64,000 bases of DNA, from positions 64,001-128,000 of the forward strand of contig CAXHZO010000001.1 of NCBI GenBank assembly GCA_964022095.1, read 5' to 3'. The notes under the pieces were generated by a model. That model was not told the origin of the DNA, ran no database searches, and was given only the letters and a program-made list of their open reading frames with translations. Below are positions 49,951-59,402 of the stretch, piece after piece. This stretch comes from an uncultured Arcobacteraceae bacterium (GTDB taxonomy: Bacteria; Campylobacterota; Campylobacteria; Campylobacterales; Arcobacteraceae). How positions within the stretch are numbered: position 1 is the first letter of the stretch; each line of letters opens with the position of its first letter. The position numbers were made by a program, and so were the translations under genes.

Positions 49951-50334
49951 TTGGGGAAATATTTTGGGATAGCTTTTGTATTTTTTTTATCAATATGTGG
50001 TTATATAATCTTTAGTGATAAAAAAGAAGAAATTAAGGTTACAAAAAAAGACAAGAATATACAATCCGTTGAACAAAGAGAAATAATGACTAAAAACTCA
50101 AAAATCTTTAATGAAGAAAAGTTAAAAAATGATAAAAAAAAAGTTATTACTGAGATTGAAACAAAAATAAACAATAAATCATCTGATATTGAAACTATCA
50201 TTAGTCAGGCTGATAAACTAATTGAAGATAATAACTTAGACACTTCTTCAATTAATAAAGCCAGTAATCAAAGAATTGATAAAATAAACAAAAAGTATCA
50301 AGAACTCAAGAAAGACCTTGAAAACCTTAATTAA
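49951..50334 (+). CDS. Hypothetical membrane-anchored coiled-coil protein divergent from rhs
   Basis: TTG start after AAAGG; N-terminal TM; charged helical remainder. Confidence 0.65.
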   Translation: MGKYFGIAFVFFLSICGYIIFSDKKEEIKVTKKDKNIQSVEQREIMTKNSKIFNEEKLKNDKKKVITEIETKINNKSSDIETIISQADKLIEDNNLDTSSINKASNQRIDKINKKYQELKKDLENLN

Positions 50335-50342
50335 AGAGAGTT

Positions 50343-51503
50343 CTAACTCTCTTTAAAAATCTCTTCAAGATCTTTTATAATCGCTTCATCAAACTTATTT
50401 TCACTTGATTCAAACTTTAAAAGATCAATTGCATCATTGTGAGTATAAGCTTGTCTATATTCTCTATTTTCTCTTAATGAATTATAGGCATATAAAGTAG
50501 CTAACAATCTATCTTTAAAAGCTAAGTCTTTTCCTTCTAAAGAGTTTACATATCCACTACCATCTAATCTTTCTTGAACTTTAACTGCCCATGAAGTGAT
50601 ATCTGCAAATCCAATTATATTTGATAGCATTTTTTTCGTATAGTATGGATATGCTTTTATAGTTTCTATTTCAAATAAATCTAAAGGCTCTTTTTTATCT
50701 AAAATATTTCTACCAATTGATAGTTTTCCTATATTTGATAAACCTGCAGCTGTTAAAAAAGTCATCTTATCTTTATGGTCAAACTCATAAAAATCAGATA
50801 CTAAACTACAAACATCTAAAAACCTTGAACTAAAATTTTCTAATAAATGAAAAACTCTAGTGATTTTTACTAGCTGTTCAAAATCTAAAGGTGCAGTATA
50901 ATCTTCAAATGAAGAATAAATAAGAGCCAATGTATCAGATTCATTAAACATATCTTCCCAAAAAGATATATCATTTACGCACTCAAAAAACTTATCTACT
51001 AAATCTTCTGAAAATATATTTCCAATTCCTGCTTTTACAAACTCAACTGCTTCAAATCTCTTTTTAATATTTTTTGTTCCTAAATCAAACTTATCATCTA
51101 AACTTTTAGCTAAATAAATTATCTGAGAAAATAATGGTATTTCATCACCTTTTAACTCAAAAGGTCCAGAACCATCATAATTCTCTTTTTGATAAAGTAA
51201 GATATTTTCTTTTTCAGTTTGAAATACAAAATCTTTTACACTTTCATTTGCTATTTCACAAAAACTTTTTTCATTAAAACATCCACTTAATCCCAAATTA
51301 CTAGCTAATGAATAACTACATAAATCTGATAATTCTTTTGCGTCAAGTTCATATTTTATTCCAATACGCAATGCAATATATGCCACTCTTTTTCCATGTC
51401 CCATAGAAGTACCCACTCTGTGATACTGCATAAAATCTAATGCCATATTTGTTGAGAGTAAAAAATTATTCATATTAAATTTAATCTGTTTTTTCTTATC
51501 CAT
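50343..51503 (-). CDS. Degenerate tandem HD-GYP-like protein
   Basis: HGKRVAYIA, ENYDGSGP and ERLDGSGY motifs; HD motifs replaced (LASNLG, LSNIGK). Confidence 0.8.
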   Translation of the reverse strand: MDKKKQIKFNMNNFLLSTNMALDFMQYHRVGTSMGHGKRVAYIALRIGIKYELDAKELSDLCSYSLASNLGLSGCFNEKSFCEIANESVKDFVFQTEKENILLYQKENYDGSGPFELKGDEIPLFSQIIYLAKSLDDKFDLGTKNIKKRFEAVEFVKAGIGNIFSEDLVDKFFECVNDISFWEDMFNESDTLALIYSSFEDYTAPLDFEQLVKITRVFHLLENFSSRFLDVCSLVSDFYEFDHKDKMTFLTAAGLSNIGKLSIGRNILDKKEPLDLFEIETIKAYPYYTKKMLSNIIGFADITSWAVKVQERLDGSGYVNSLEGKDLAFKDRLLATLYAYNSLRENREYRQAYTHNDAIDLLKFESSENKFDEAIIKDLEEIFKES

Positions 51504-51587
51504 AAAATAAATTCCTGTTATTAAAACTATTACTTATATAAAAGTGTTTTTCTATTATAATATTTTATTATAATAAAGGAGAGATAA

Positions 51588-52508
51588 ATGTTAAAAAAAG
51601 TTTTGATTTCACTAATTCTAACTTCAATCTACACATTTGCATTTGATTATAACTTAAAACCCACAAAAGTTTCAAATAGTGTATGGTGTTTTTTTGGTGA
51701 ACTAAATATGCCACTTAAAGAAAATGGTGGATTTATGTCTAATAGTTGCTATATAAAAACAGATGATAGTTTTGTATTAGTAGATACTGGTGCTAGTTAT
51801 GAATTTGCAAGACAATCATATGAACAAATGAAAAAAATTGCTGACTTACCTGTAAAAAATGTCTTAATCACACATAGTCATGATGACCACTGGTTAGGTA
51901 ATAATTTTTACAAAGAAACTTTTAAAGCAACATTATATGGTCCAAGTTTAATTAATAAAAACTATAACAAAGACTCAAAAACAAGAATGCATAATGTACT
52001 ATCAGAAGAGACTATAAAAGGAACAAAATTTGTTTCAATAGATAAAGAAGTTACTAATGCAAGCAATTTGAAAATAGGAAATAAAAGTATAATGATTGTA
52101 CCAATTGGAGTTAAAGCTCATACTTCTGAAGATTTATATGTTTTTTTAGAAGATGAAAAGGTTCTATTTTCAGGTGATATGGTTATGAATGGAAGAGTTA
52201 CATCTTCAAGAGATGGCTCAGTTATTGGAATGTTAAAAGCCCTAGATATTATTAATAGTAATAAATGGGAAGTATTAGTTCCTGGGCATGGAACAAACAC
52301 TTCAAAAACTGCAACAAAAGAAATTGAAGATTACTTTACTTTATTAAAACAAAAAATTTTAGAAGCTATTGAAGAAGATATTGGTGCAGATGAAATAACA
52401 AAAGTTGTAACAATGGATGAATATAAAGATAAAGCTTTATATGATCAATTAAATAGTAGAAATGTATTTGATGCTTTTAGAGAGTTAGAATTTTATGAAG
52501 AAGAGTAA
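51588..52508 (+). CDS. Exported metallo-beta-lactamase-fold protein, SoxH-like
   Basis: THSHDDHWLGN, AHT, FSGD and PGHG motifs; next to the sox cluster. Confidence 0.8.
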   Translation: MLKKVLISLILTSIYTFAFDYNLKPTKVSNSVWCFFGELNMPLKENGGFMSNSCYIKTDDSFVLVDTGASYEFARQSYEQMKKIADLPVKNVLITHSHDDHWLGNNFYKETFKATLYGPSLINKNYNKDSKTRMHNVLSEETIKGTKFVSIDKEVTNASNLKIGNKSIMIVPIGVKAHTSEDLYVFLEDEKVLFSGDMVMNGRVTSSRDGSVIGMLKALDIINSNKWEVLVPGHGTNTSKTATKEIEDYFTLLKQKILEAIEEDIGADEITKVVTMDEYKDKALYDQLNSRNVFDAFRELEFYEEE

Positions 52509-53291
52509 TTACTCTTCTTCAATTAATTCAATAATTGCATTTACAGATGCATCTGTCATATCTAAATCTAAGTGCGGTGCACCTTTTGCTTCAATAAGTT
52601 TTACATTGAAGCCTTTATCTTTTGCTATTTTATAAAAATCTTTTGTAACTTTTGGTTTTGAAATCTTATCTTCCGTTCCATATACTAAAGCTATTTTTAC
52701 ATCTTTTGAAACATTGTCAAGTACATCAACAACTGAAATTAAATCTTTTGCACCTTTTTCTTGACTTGCAAAAAAGTTCCCACCAGCACATAAAAGATTA
52801 TTAACTACATCTTGTTTTATTCCAAGTAGAGTTGAACCCATTGAACACCCTGCACTATGGCCTACATATGTTACACTAGAAGCTTCAAATTTCTCTTTTA
52901 ATGAAGCAACTAACTCACTTAAAAACTCGATGTAAGCTTTATTTGCAGATAAGTTATTTGCACCTTCATGACTTAAAGCTGGAAAATTATTAGTTGAAGA
53001 GTTTGAATATCCAGGAAGTGCAACCGCTACTGTTGTAACATCTGTTTGAAAAGCAACACTTTCTGCAAATGGTGCATATCTTCCTAAGGTATTTGTTCCC
53101 TCATCCCAAGTTCCATGAACAATAATAGTTAAAGCTTCATCAGTATCACCTTCATAAGCTTTATACTCAATACACTCTCCACCAGCAAAAATAAAGTTCT
53201 CACCTTTAGTTGAGCACTGTTCTTTTGTTATTGTTGCTGCACTTAAACTTAAACCTAAAAAAATTGATATTAATAAACTTTTTTTAAACAT
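52509..53291 (-). CDS. Exported alpha/beta hydrolase
   Basis: GHSAG nucleophile elbow; GTED; PH. Confidence 0.8.
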   Translation of the reverse strand: MFKKSLLISIFLGLSLSAATITKEQCSTKGENFIFAGGECIEYKAYEGDTDEALTIIVHGTWDEGTNTLGRYAPFAESVAFQTDVTTVAVALPGYSNSSTNNFPALSHEGANNLSANKAYIEFLSELVASLKEKFEASSVTYVGHSAGCSMGSTLLGIKQDVVNNLLCAGGNFFASQEKGAKDLISVVDVLDNVSKDVKIALVYGTEDKISKPKVTKDFYKIAKDKGFNVKLIEAKGAPHLDLDMTDASVNAIIELIEEE

Positions 53292-53313
53292 TTCTTTCTC
53301 CTTGAATTTAATA

Positions 53314-53751
53314 TTAATAAGCAGTGATTCCTATAAATCCATCTACTTGTCTTTCGATTACCTCTACAATTCCTGCTTGTGTGTAATCAATCCCATCAAT
53401 AAAATCATCTTCTGTCCACTTCATAGTTTCCATTGTATTTCTACAACCTATAAATTCAACATCGTATTCCATAAGAGATTTTATTCTTGCTAATGTTCTT
53501 TCATCGTAATCTTTTTTTAAAACTCTCATACCTTTTCCATATGCAACTACAACTATTTTTAAAGACTCAGCTGGATACTCTTTTAAAATATTATACATAG
53601 AACCAATAGTATGACTAACCGTATCTAAATCACCAACACTTAGTGAATAAACAACTTTTCGAGGTTGATCAAAACTTGGTTTTGGTTCTGCAAACTCGGC
53701 ACTTAAAAAAGTAAATAAACCAATAAACATAACTAATATAATTTTTTTCAT
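53314..53751 (-). CDS. Exported DsrE-like protein
   Basis: VVAYGKG, FIGCRNTM and AGIVE motifs. Confidence 0.82.
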   Translation of the reverse strand: MKKIILVMFIGLFTFLSAEFAEPKPSFDQPRKVVYSLSVGDLDTVSHTIGSMYNILKEYPAESLKIVVVAYGKGMRVLKKDYDERTLARIKSLMEYDVEFIGCRNTMETMKWTEDDFIDGIDYTQAGIVEVIERQVDGFIGITAY

Positions 53752-54200
53752 AATTCTTCCTTAATTTTTACAATAGATTCATTAGTGATAATACCACCAC
53801 TAAGTATTTTACAATATAAACCTCTATGAGCTCTTAATAGTTTAGGTAATTCTTTAGCAAATACACTTAAGTGATTACAAACCGTACATACTTGTGTAAT
53901 TTGTATTTTTGTGTCACCTATATAAAAGCTATTTCCCACTTCATAATCGTGGGGATCAAAATCTACTAAAATATTCTCACCAAGGGAACCTTGAACTAAC
54001 TCTATGCCATTTTTTTTTGCTATTTCATAAGACTTAAGTCCTACTATCATAACTGTTTGCTCTAAATTCTTTTGTGCAAACTTATCATGTTCGATTCCAA
54101 AACCAACTATTAAGTTTAGTTTTTCTACCTTTGGTCTTGGAAGTCCACTGCTATTTTTATCAGCACTAAAAGTCTGTATAACTTTTCCTATATTTTTCAT
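53748..54200 (-). CDS. MOSC domain protein
   Basis: LGENIL, ITQVCTVC and HRGLYCKIL motifs. Confidence 0.88.
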   Translation of the reverse strand: MKNIGKVIQTFSADKNSSGLPRPKVEKLNLIVGFGIEHDKFAQKNLEQTVMIVGLKSYEIAKKNGIELVQGSLGENILVDFDPHDYEVGNSFYIGDTKIQITQVCTVCNHLSVFAKELPKLLRAHRGLYCKILSGGIITNESIVKIKEEL

Positions 54201-55019
54201 CTATTTGATATTTTCTTTTAAAATTTCTTCAAAGTCAGACTTTGTCCAGCTTCCAGGATATTGTGTTATAAACTCACCATTACTATTTAAAATAAAAAAA
54301 GATGGAGTGATTTTTTTATATTTTTCCACTAAATTAAAAGGTAAACCTTTTTCTTCTACATCTACTTTAATGTATAGATAATTTTTATCAATTTTTTGTT
54401 TTATATCTTTATGACTTAAAACATTTTTCTCCATCTTTTTGCAATAATAGCAATCTTGTACAGTTGCATAAACCATAATAAGTTTGTCATCTTTTTGTGC
54501 ATTTAATATAATTTCATCTTCATTAAAATCGCTATTTAAAACTACTTCATTTTTCTTTGGAAGATTTTGTTTATACTCCATAAAAAAATATGAAAGATTT
54601 ATATAATCATCATCACTTAATAAACCTTTCATAGAAGTTTTTGTCTCATAATATTTTAAAATATGATCATCACAAATAGAATTAAATCTATCAGGCTTTT
54701 GTAAGTATGATTTTAGAAACTCTTCAATTTCTATTTGTCTCATTTCAATATCTTCAGGATCTCCAATTTTTTTTGGACTATCCATAATTGCATAGGCTAA
54801 CATATTAACTGTTGGTGCTTTTAAGTTTAAAAGCTTATTACCTTTATCAAAGAAATTATCTTTTAATTTATTAATTTCTATATGTGAACTATGGCAAGAT
54901 GAACATTTAGATTCAAAAACTTTTTTTCCTTCTTCATATTCACTTGAAGCAAAAACATTAAAAATAAAAAATGAAGTAATAAATAGTATTTTTTTTAGCA
55001 AGTAAGCACCTTTTTTCAA
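54201..55019 (-). CDS. Cytochrome c - thioredoxin-like (SoxW-like) fusion
   Basis: CSSCH heme motif with APT..M; C-terminal CYYC and TP thioredoxin fold; alternative TTG start at 55001. Confidence 0.78.
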   Translation of the reverse strand: MKKGAYLLKKILFITSFFIFNVFASSEYEEGKKVFESKCSSCHSSHIEINKLKDNFFDKGNKLLNLKAPTVNMLAYAIMDSPKKIGDPEDIEMRQIEIEEFLKSYLQKPDRFNSICDDHILKYYETKTSMKGLLSDDDYINLSYFFMEYKQNLPKKNEVVLNSDFNEDEIILNAQKDDKLIMVYATVQDCYYCKKMEKNVLSHKDIKQKIDKNYLYIKVDVEEKGLPFNLVEKYKKITPSFFILNSNGEFITQYPGSWTKSDFEEILKENIK

Positions 55020-55054
55020 TTTAGTAAATCTTCATATAAAAACTCACTAAAAGG

Positions 55055-55084
55055 AAAAAGTATAAAGAAAAATCTTTATACTTT
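55055..55084 (-). terminator. Stem-loop after soxB
   Basis: AAAGTATAAAGA-AAAA-TCTTTATACTTT. Confidence 0.6.
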
Positions 55085-55091
55085 AATGAAA

Positions 55092-56873
55092 TTATACAAT
55101 TCCAGGGTTCCCTTTGATACCAACGATATCTGGAGTATCTACATTTAATTTTGAAATATGTTTTACATTTTTTAAGTAATTCTCAACTGTTTCCCAAACT
55201 GGTTCACCAGGTGATTTAGAACCAACTGTTGACCAACCTGCTACTTTATAAGATTTACTTGCATCAATTTTCTGACCCGTTCTAGTTAAAACAATATCAG
55301 TAATTCTCTCACCCATTTTTCCTTTTGGATTAATTTTATAAGAGATTCCACCAGTTCTAACCATATCCCCACCTTGTTGGTAGAAAGGATCTTCATTGAA
55401 TAAGTTATCAGCAACATCTTCTAAAATTAGTTTGATATCACTACCTTTAATGTCTCTTGCATATGTCTCTGGATAAGTCATTGCTGTTTGAGTCATTAAA
55501 TCATCAAATGTAATTGCTTGACCAGGAACAACTGATGTTCCCCATCTAAATCCAGGAGATAAAGAGATTTCAGCATCTTTAACTTCCATTAAAGCATCAC
55601 AAATAATCTGATCCCAAGAACCATTAAAATTACCTCTTCTAAATAAAGTAACATCAGTAGTTGCAATCTCTCTTGTTAACTCTTTTTTAAATGGAGCTCT
55701 TACATCTTCGATATATTTTTTCATAGCTGGATCTTCAGGAATTAAATCAGAGAAGATCGGTAATAATGTAAATTTAAAGTCTTTAATTTTTCCATTTTGA
55801 ATATCTAAATCAAGTACATTTAAGAATTTACCATTTGAACCTGCATTACATACATATGTTGTACCCTCTGCATTTTTAACAGGATAAGCTTCAGGAACAC
55901 CATCATGAGTATGACCACCCATAATAAAATCAATTCCAGTAACAACTTCTGCCATTTTCTTATCTGTATCATAACCATTATGAGATAATACAATAACTGC
56001 ATCTGGTTTTTCAGTTTCTCTTACTTCATCAACTATTTCTTGCATTCCTTCATCATTGATACCAAATGTCCAATCAGGAATAAATCTTTGTGGATTCGCA
56101 ATAGTAGTATAAGGGAAAGCTTGACCAATAACTGCAACTCTTGCATTACCCATTTTCTTAATAGTATATGGCTTAAAAGCATGACCTGTATCTTCATCAT
56201 AAGCTTGCATTGCTACTTCTGTTTCTTCAAATAATGCATCTTCTTTTACTTTAACATTTTGAGCTAAGAACTCAGCATCTAAAAGTTTTACGTTCTCTAG
56301 AACTTCTTCAGCTTTATAAGTAAACTCCCAATGTCCAACAGCAACATCAACACCAAGTAAATTCATAGCACCAACCATGTCTTTACCTCTTGTATATAAT
56401 GCAGTTGCACTACCTTGCCAAGTATCTCCACCATCTAATAATAAAGTTTTATCTTCACCAAATGATTTAGTTAAGAAATCAACAACAGTTTTAATTTGAG
56501 CAAAACCACCTGTTCTACCCATAGCTTGTGCATGCTTTTCGAAATCAACACATGAATATGCATACTCAAGTCTTTTATTACCTTTAATTCCATAGTAATC
56601 TAATAGTTTTTCACCTACGATATGAGGTGGCTTACCAAAATTACCATGTAAACCAATATTTACACTTGGCTCTCTAAAATATACTGGTAATAACTGAGCA
56701 TGAGAGTCAGTCATATGTAAAAATCTTGCATTACCAAACGGTTTTAATTTATAATAATCTTCTAATTTAGCATTAGAAGTATCAGTCATTCTTGTATGAG
56801 AATTAGCAAATACAGGCGCTGCTCCTAGCATTGCCATCATATAAACGAACTCTCTTCTACTTAATTTACTCAT
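55092..56873 (-). CDS. soxB: Thiosulfohydrolase SoxB
   Basis: Tat SRREF; TDSHAQL, DGGDTWQGS, GHWEF, GGHTHD and FRWG motifs. Confidence 0.97.
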   Translation of the reverse strand: MSKLSRREFVYMMAMLGAAPVFANSHTRMTDTSNAKLEDYYKLKPFGNARFLHMTDSHAQLLPVYFREPSVNIGLHGNFGKPPHIVGEKLLDYYGIKGNKRLEYAYSCVDFEKHAQAMGRTGGFAQIKTVVDFLTKSFGEDKTLLLDGGDTWQGSATALYTRGKDMVGAMNLLGVDVAVGHWEFTYKAEEVLENVKLLDAEFLAQNVKVKEDALFEETEVAMQAYDEDTGHAFKPYTIKKMGNARVAVIGQAFPYTTIANPQRFIPDWTFGINDEGMQEIVDEVRETEKPDAVIVLSHNGYDTDKKMAEVVTGIDFIMGGHTHDGVPEAYPVKNAEGTTYVCNAGSNGKFLNVLDLDIQNGKIKDFKFTLLPIFSDLIPEDPAMKKYIEDVRAPFKKELTREIATTDVTLFRRGNFNGSWDQIICDALMEVKDAEISLSPGFRWGTSVVPGQAITFDDLMTQTAMTYPETYARDIKGSDIKLILEDVADNLFNEDPFYQQGGDMVRTGGISYKINPKGKMGERITDIVLTRTGQKIDASKSYKVAGWSTVGSKSPGEPVWETVENYLKNVKHISKLNVDTPDIVGIKGNPGIV

Positions 56874-56889
56874 TGGATATATTCCTTAT

Positions 56890-57543
56890 TTATTTAGCTG
56901 CATCGCCTACAACAGTAAACCCAAGTGAAGTCCATGCTTGCATACCACCTCTGTAGTATTTGATTTTTTCAGCTGGGTATCCCATTTTTAGTAGTGCAAA
57001 TTCTGCATTTTTAACCATTCCTGGAGTTTGTCCACACCAGTATCCATTACAATATAATACTAAAGTCTTAGCTTCAGAAAAATCTAAAGTTCCATCTTCT
57101 TTTTGAACAACACCCATTTCATCTTCCATCATTTCAATAGCTGTATCTTTTTCATTGAAATTTGTAAATGGCACATTTACTGCACCTGGAATTCTAAGTT
57201 TTGCAAACCAACCTGGCTTTCTTGAATCAATTAATGCAATTGACTCATCGCTTTGAGCTTTTTTCATATACTCAACAAACTCAATTTCACCTAAAGTCTC
57301 AGTACCTTTTCCTAAACTCATTGGTTGAGGAGTACCTCTAAATGTTGTTTCATAAAGTGGAGAAATTTTGCTATCTTTTGATTGATTTCTCATAATAGTA
57401 AATGTCTCATCATTTAAAGTAATATCTACAGATTTAACACCTGGAGCTATTGGAACAAATTTTTCTCCCCCTTCAGCAAAAGATGAAGTTGAACATAATG
57501 TAGTTACAGCAGCAACAAAAGCTAATTTTTTTAACATTTTCAT
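56890..57543 (-). CDS. Exported rhodanese-like protein (CNGYWC type) in the sox operon
   Basis: LIDSR, YCNGYWCGQ and YYRGGM motifs. Confidence 0.88.
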   Translation of the reverse strand: MKMLKKLAFVAAVTTLCSTSSFAEGGEKFVPIAPGVKSVDITLNDETFTIMRNQSKDSKISPLYETTFRGTPQPMSLGKGTETLGEIEFVEYMKKAQSDESIALIDSRKPGWFAKLRIPGAVNVPFTNFNEKDTAIEMMEDEMGVVQKEDGTLDFSEAKTLVLYCNGYWCGQTPGMVKNAEFALLKMGYPAEKIKYYRGGMQAWTSLGFTVVGDAAK

Positions 57544-57558
57544 TATTTTTCCTTTGAT

Positions 57559-57588
57559 AAAAAAAAAGTCAAGGCAAAGCTTGACTTT
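57559..57588 (-). terminator. Intrinsic terminator inside the sox cluster
   Basis: On the minus strand, AAAGTCAAG-loop-CTTGACTTT followed by a T-run. Confidence 0.75.
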
Positions 57589-57616
57589 AATATAAATGGT
57601 GGATAAGTATTAAAGA

Positions 57617-58042
57617 TTAATACTTATATCCATCACCTGGTATTGCAAGTCTCCAAGTAGATTTTGCCTCTTCAGCTTGTTGTAATGCTCTAATAGCAAA
57701 TTTACAAGATCTGTGAGCAGCAAAGTTAGTTTCTAACTTAGTTTTTGAAGCTTTTCCTTTAAAATCTTTAGGGTTAACTTCTTTAGCACCTGTTTTAATT
57801 GCATCTTCAACAGAAGCGATTAAACCAGAATTATTAACACCTAATCTTCTAAATTCTAAACCTTCTTTTTGTGCAATTTCATTATATTTTTTAGCAGTTG
57901 CTACTACATTTTTAATACCATTATCTTTTACACTACAAACTTTTTCAACATCTATTTTAGAATATTCAGTGGCATTTGCACTAATTAGTCCAGATGTTAA
58001 TAACGCAATAGATGTAGCTATTTTAATTGTTAATTTTTTCAT
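57617..58042 (-). CDS. Exported hypothetical protein between soxA and soxB
   Basis: Signal peptide; two Cys; GAGGTG RBS before ATG 58042. Confidence 0.75.
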   Translation of the reverse strand: MKKLTIKIATSIALLTSGLISANATEYSKIDVEKVCSVKDNGIKNVVATAKKYNEIAQKEGLEFRRLGVNNSGLIASVEDAIKTGAKEVNPKDFKGKASKTKLETNFAAHRSCKFAIRALQQAEEAKSTWRLAIPGDGYKY

Positions 58043-58058
58043 AATCTTCACCTCTTAA

Positions 58059-58994
58059 TTATTTTCTAATATCTGGACCGTCAACAGTCATACCATTTGA
58101 CATATATGCCATAAAATAAAGTAACTCTTTCATTTCTTTAGAAGTATTTCCTGGAGGAACTTGACCTTGATCTTTAACACATCCTGACATTCTTCTTTCA
58201 AGTGTACCTAGACCATCATTAGCTGCACTTTTAGCTGCCCATTTTAATCTGTAAACTGGGAAGTGAGAAGTTTGACCTAATAATTGAGATAAAGATTCAT
58301 TTCTAACTCTTTGACCTGCACCTTGAACGTGACAAGTAGCACAAGACATTTTTAAATATCCTCTTTGTGAATAGTAATACTCTTTACCTCTTTTGTAAGC
58401 TGCTAATGCTTCTGCACTAGGAATCTTAATATCAACTTTTTTCTCAGCCTCACCTGTAGAGTATGCAAAAAATGCTTCTAAGTGAGTAATTGGACCCTTA
58501 GTTGTTTTCCAAGCTTTTTCTCCATTTGCAGTTAAACATTCGTTAATTGCTTGTGTTAAAGAAACAACTTCATTTCTTTTTTCATCAAAATATGGATAGC
58601 TTCCACCAATTTCAGCATCAGGGAAACAGTCTTTAAATGATTTACCATTAGCAAATGGTTTTTCATATAATTCTTCACCTTTTTCTACAAATTCCTCAGT
58701 TGGTGGGAATTCTTTGATTTCATCATAAGAAGTTCTACCATTTTTTGAAAATGCATAGTTTCCTTTTGAGAAATCTTCAAATTTTAAGCCCTTCATAATG
58801 TTGTTTTTTAATTCATCATCAGTTGAATATGGGAAAAAAGTATTTCTATTTTTTTCTGCATCAGCAAATTTTGCTTCAAAATATTGAACTAATGCTTTTC
58901 TATCTTTTTCTGGTTCTGTATTAAAATCAGTAGCATTTAGCGCACAAGAAACTAGTGCAACTAAAGCTGTTGATTTAAGTATTTTTGCTAACAT
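58059..58994 (-). CDS. soxA: SoxA cytochrome
   Basis: INECL, CATCH, HFPVYRLKW, RRMSGC and PDIRK motifs; single CxxCH. Confidence 0.95.
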   Translation of the reverse strand: MLAKILKSTALVALVSCALNATDFNTEPEKDRKALVQYFEAKFADAEKNRNTFFPYSTDDELKNNIMKGLKFEDFSKGNYAFSKNGRTSYDEIKEFPPTEEFVEKGEELYEKPFANGKSFKDCFPDAEIGGSYPYFDEKRNEVVSLTQAINECLTANGEKAWKTTKGPITHLEAFFAYSTGEAEKKVDIKIPSAEALAAYKRGKEYYYSQRGYLKMSCATCHVQGAGQRVRNESLSQLLGQTSHFPVYRLKWAAKSAANDGLGTLERRMSGCVKDQGQVPPGNTSKEMKELLYFMAYMSNGMTVDGPDIRK

Positions 58995-59028
58995 GCTCTC
59001 TCCTTAGAATTTTCAAACAATAAATTGT

Positions 59029-59337
59029 TTATTTAATTTTTTTGCTATCTTCTGCAGTTGCACCTTTAAGGTCAGACCAAGAAATAGTAATTTTATCACC
59101 TTTTTTCACATCATCACCCTTGAATTGAAACTTCATATATGGGTCTTTTGATAAAAATTGTGAAGTAGATGCTTCAAATACAATCTTACCGTTAACTTCT
59201 GCTTTATAATAAGTAATAAAGTTAGCTTCTTTTTTAGCTCTTTTTGCTTCTTGGTAACTTAACATTGGGTGTTTTGATAAAGCTTTAACAGTTACAACAC
59301 CTTTTTTTAATTTTGCTTTGATTCTAGTTTTTGCCAT
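59029..59337 (-). CDS. soxZ: SoxZ
   Basis: HPM, SKDPY and WSDLKG motifs. Confidence 0.93.
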   Translation of the reverse strand: MAKTRIKAKLKKGVVTVKALSKHPMLSYQEAKRAKKEANFITYYKAEVNGKIVFEASTSQFLSKDPYMKFQFKGDDVKKGDKITISWSDLKGATAEDSKKIK

Positions 59338-59402
59338 TTTAAAAATCCTTTTTAAATTCTATTTTTTATTTTTTATTGTTGTTTTGGTTTGTTGAAGTTA
59401 AA

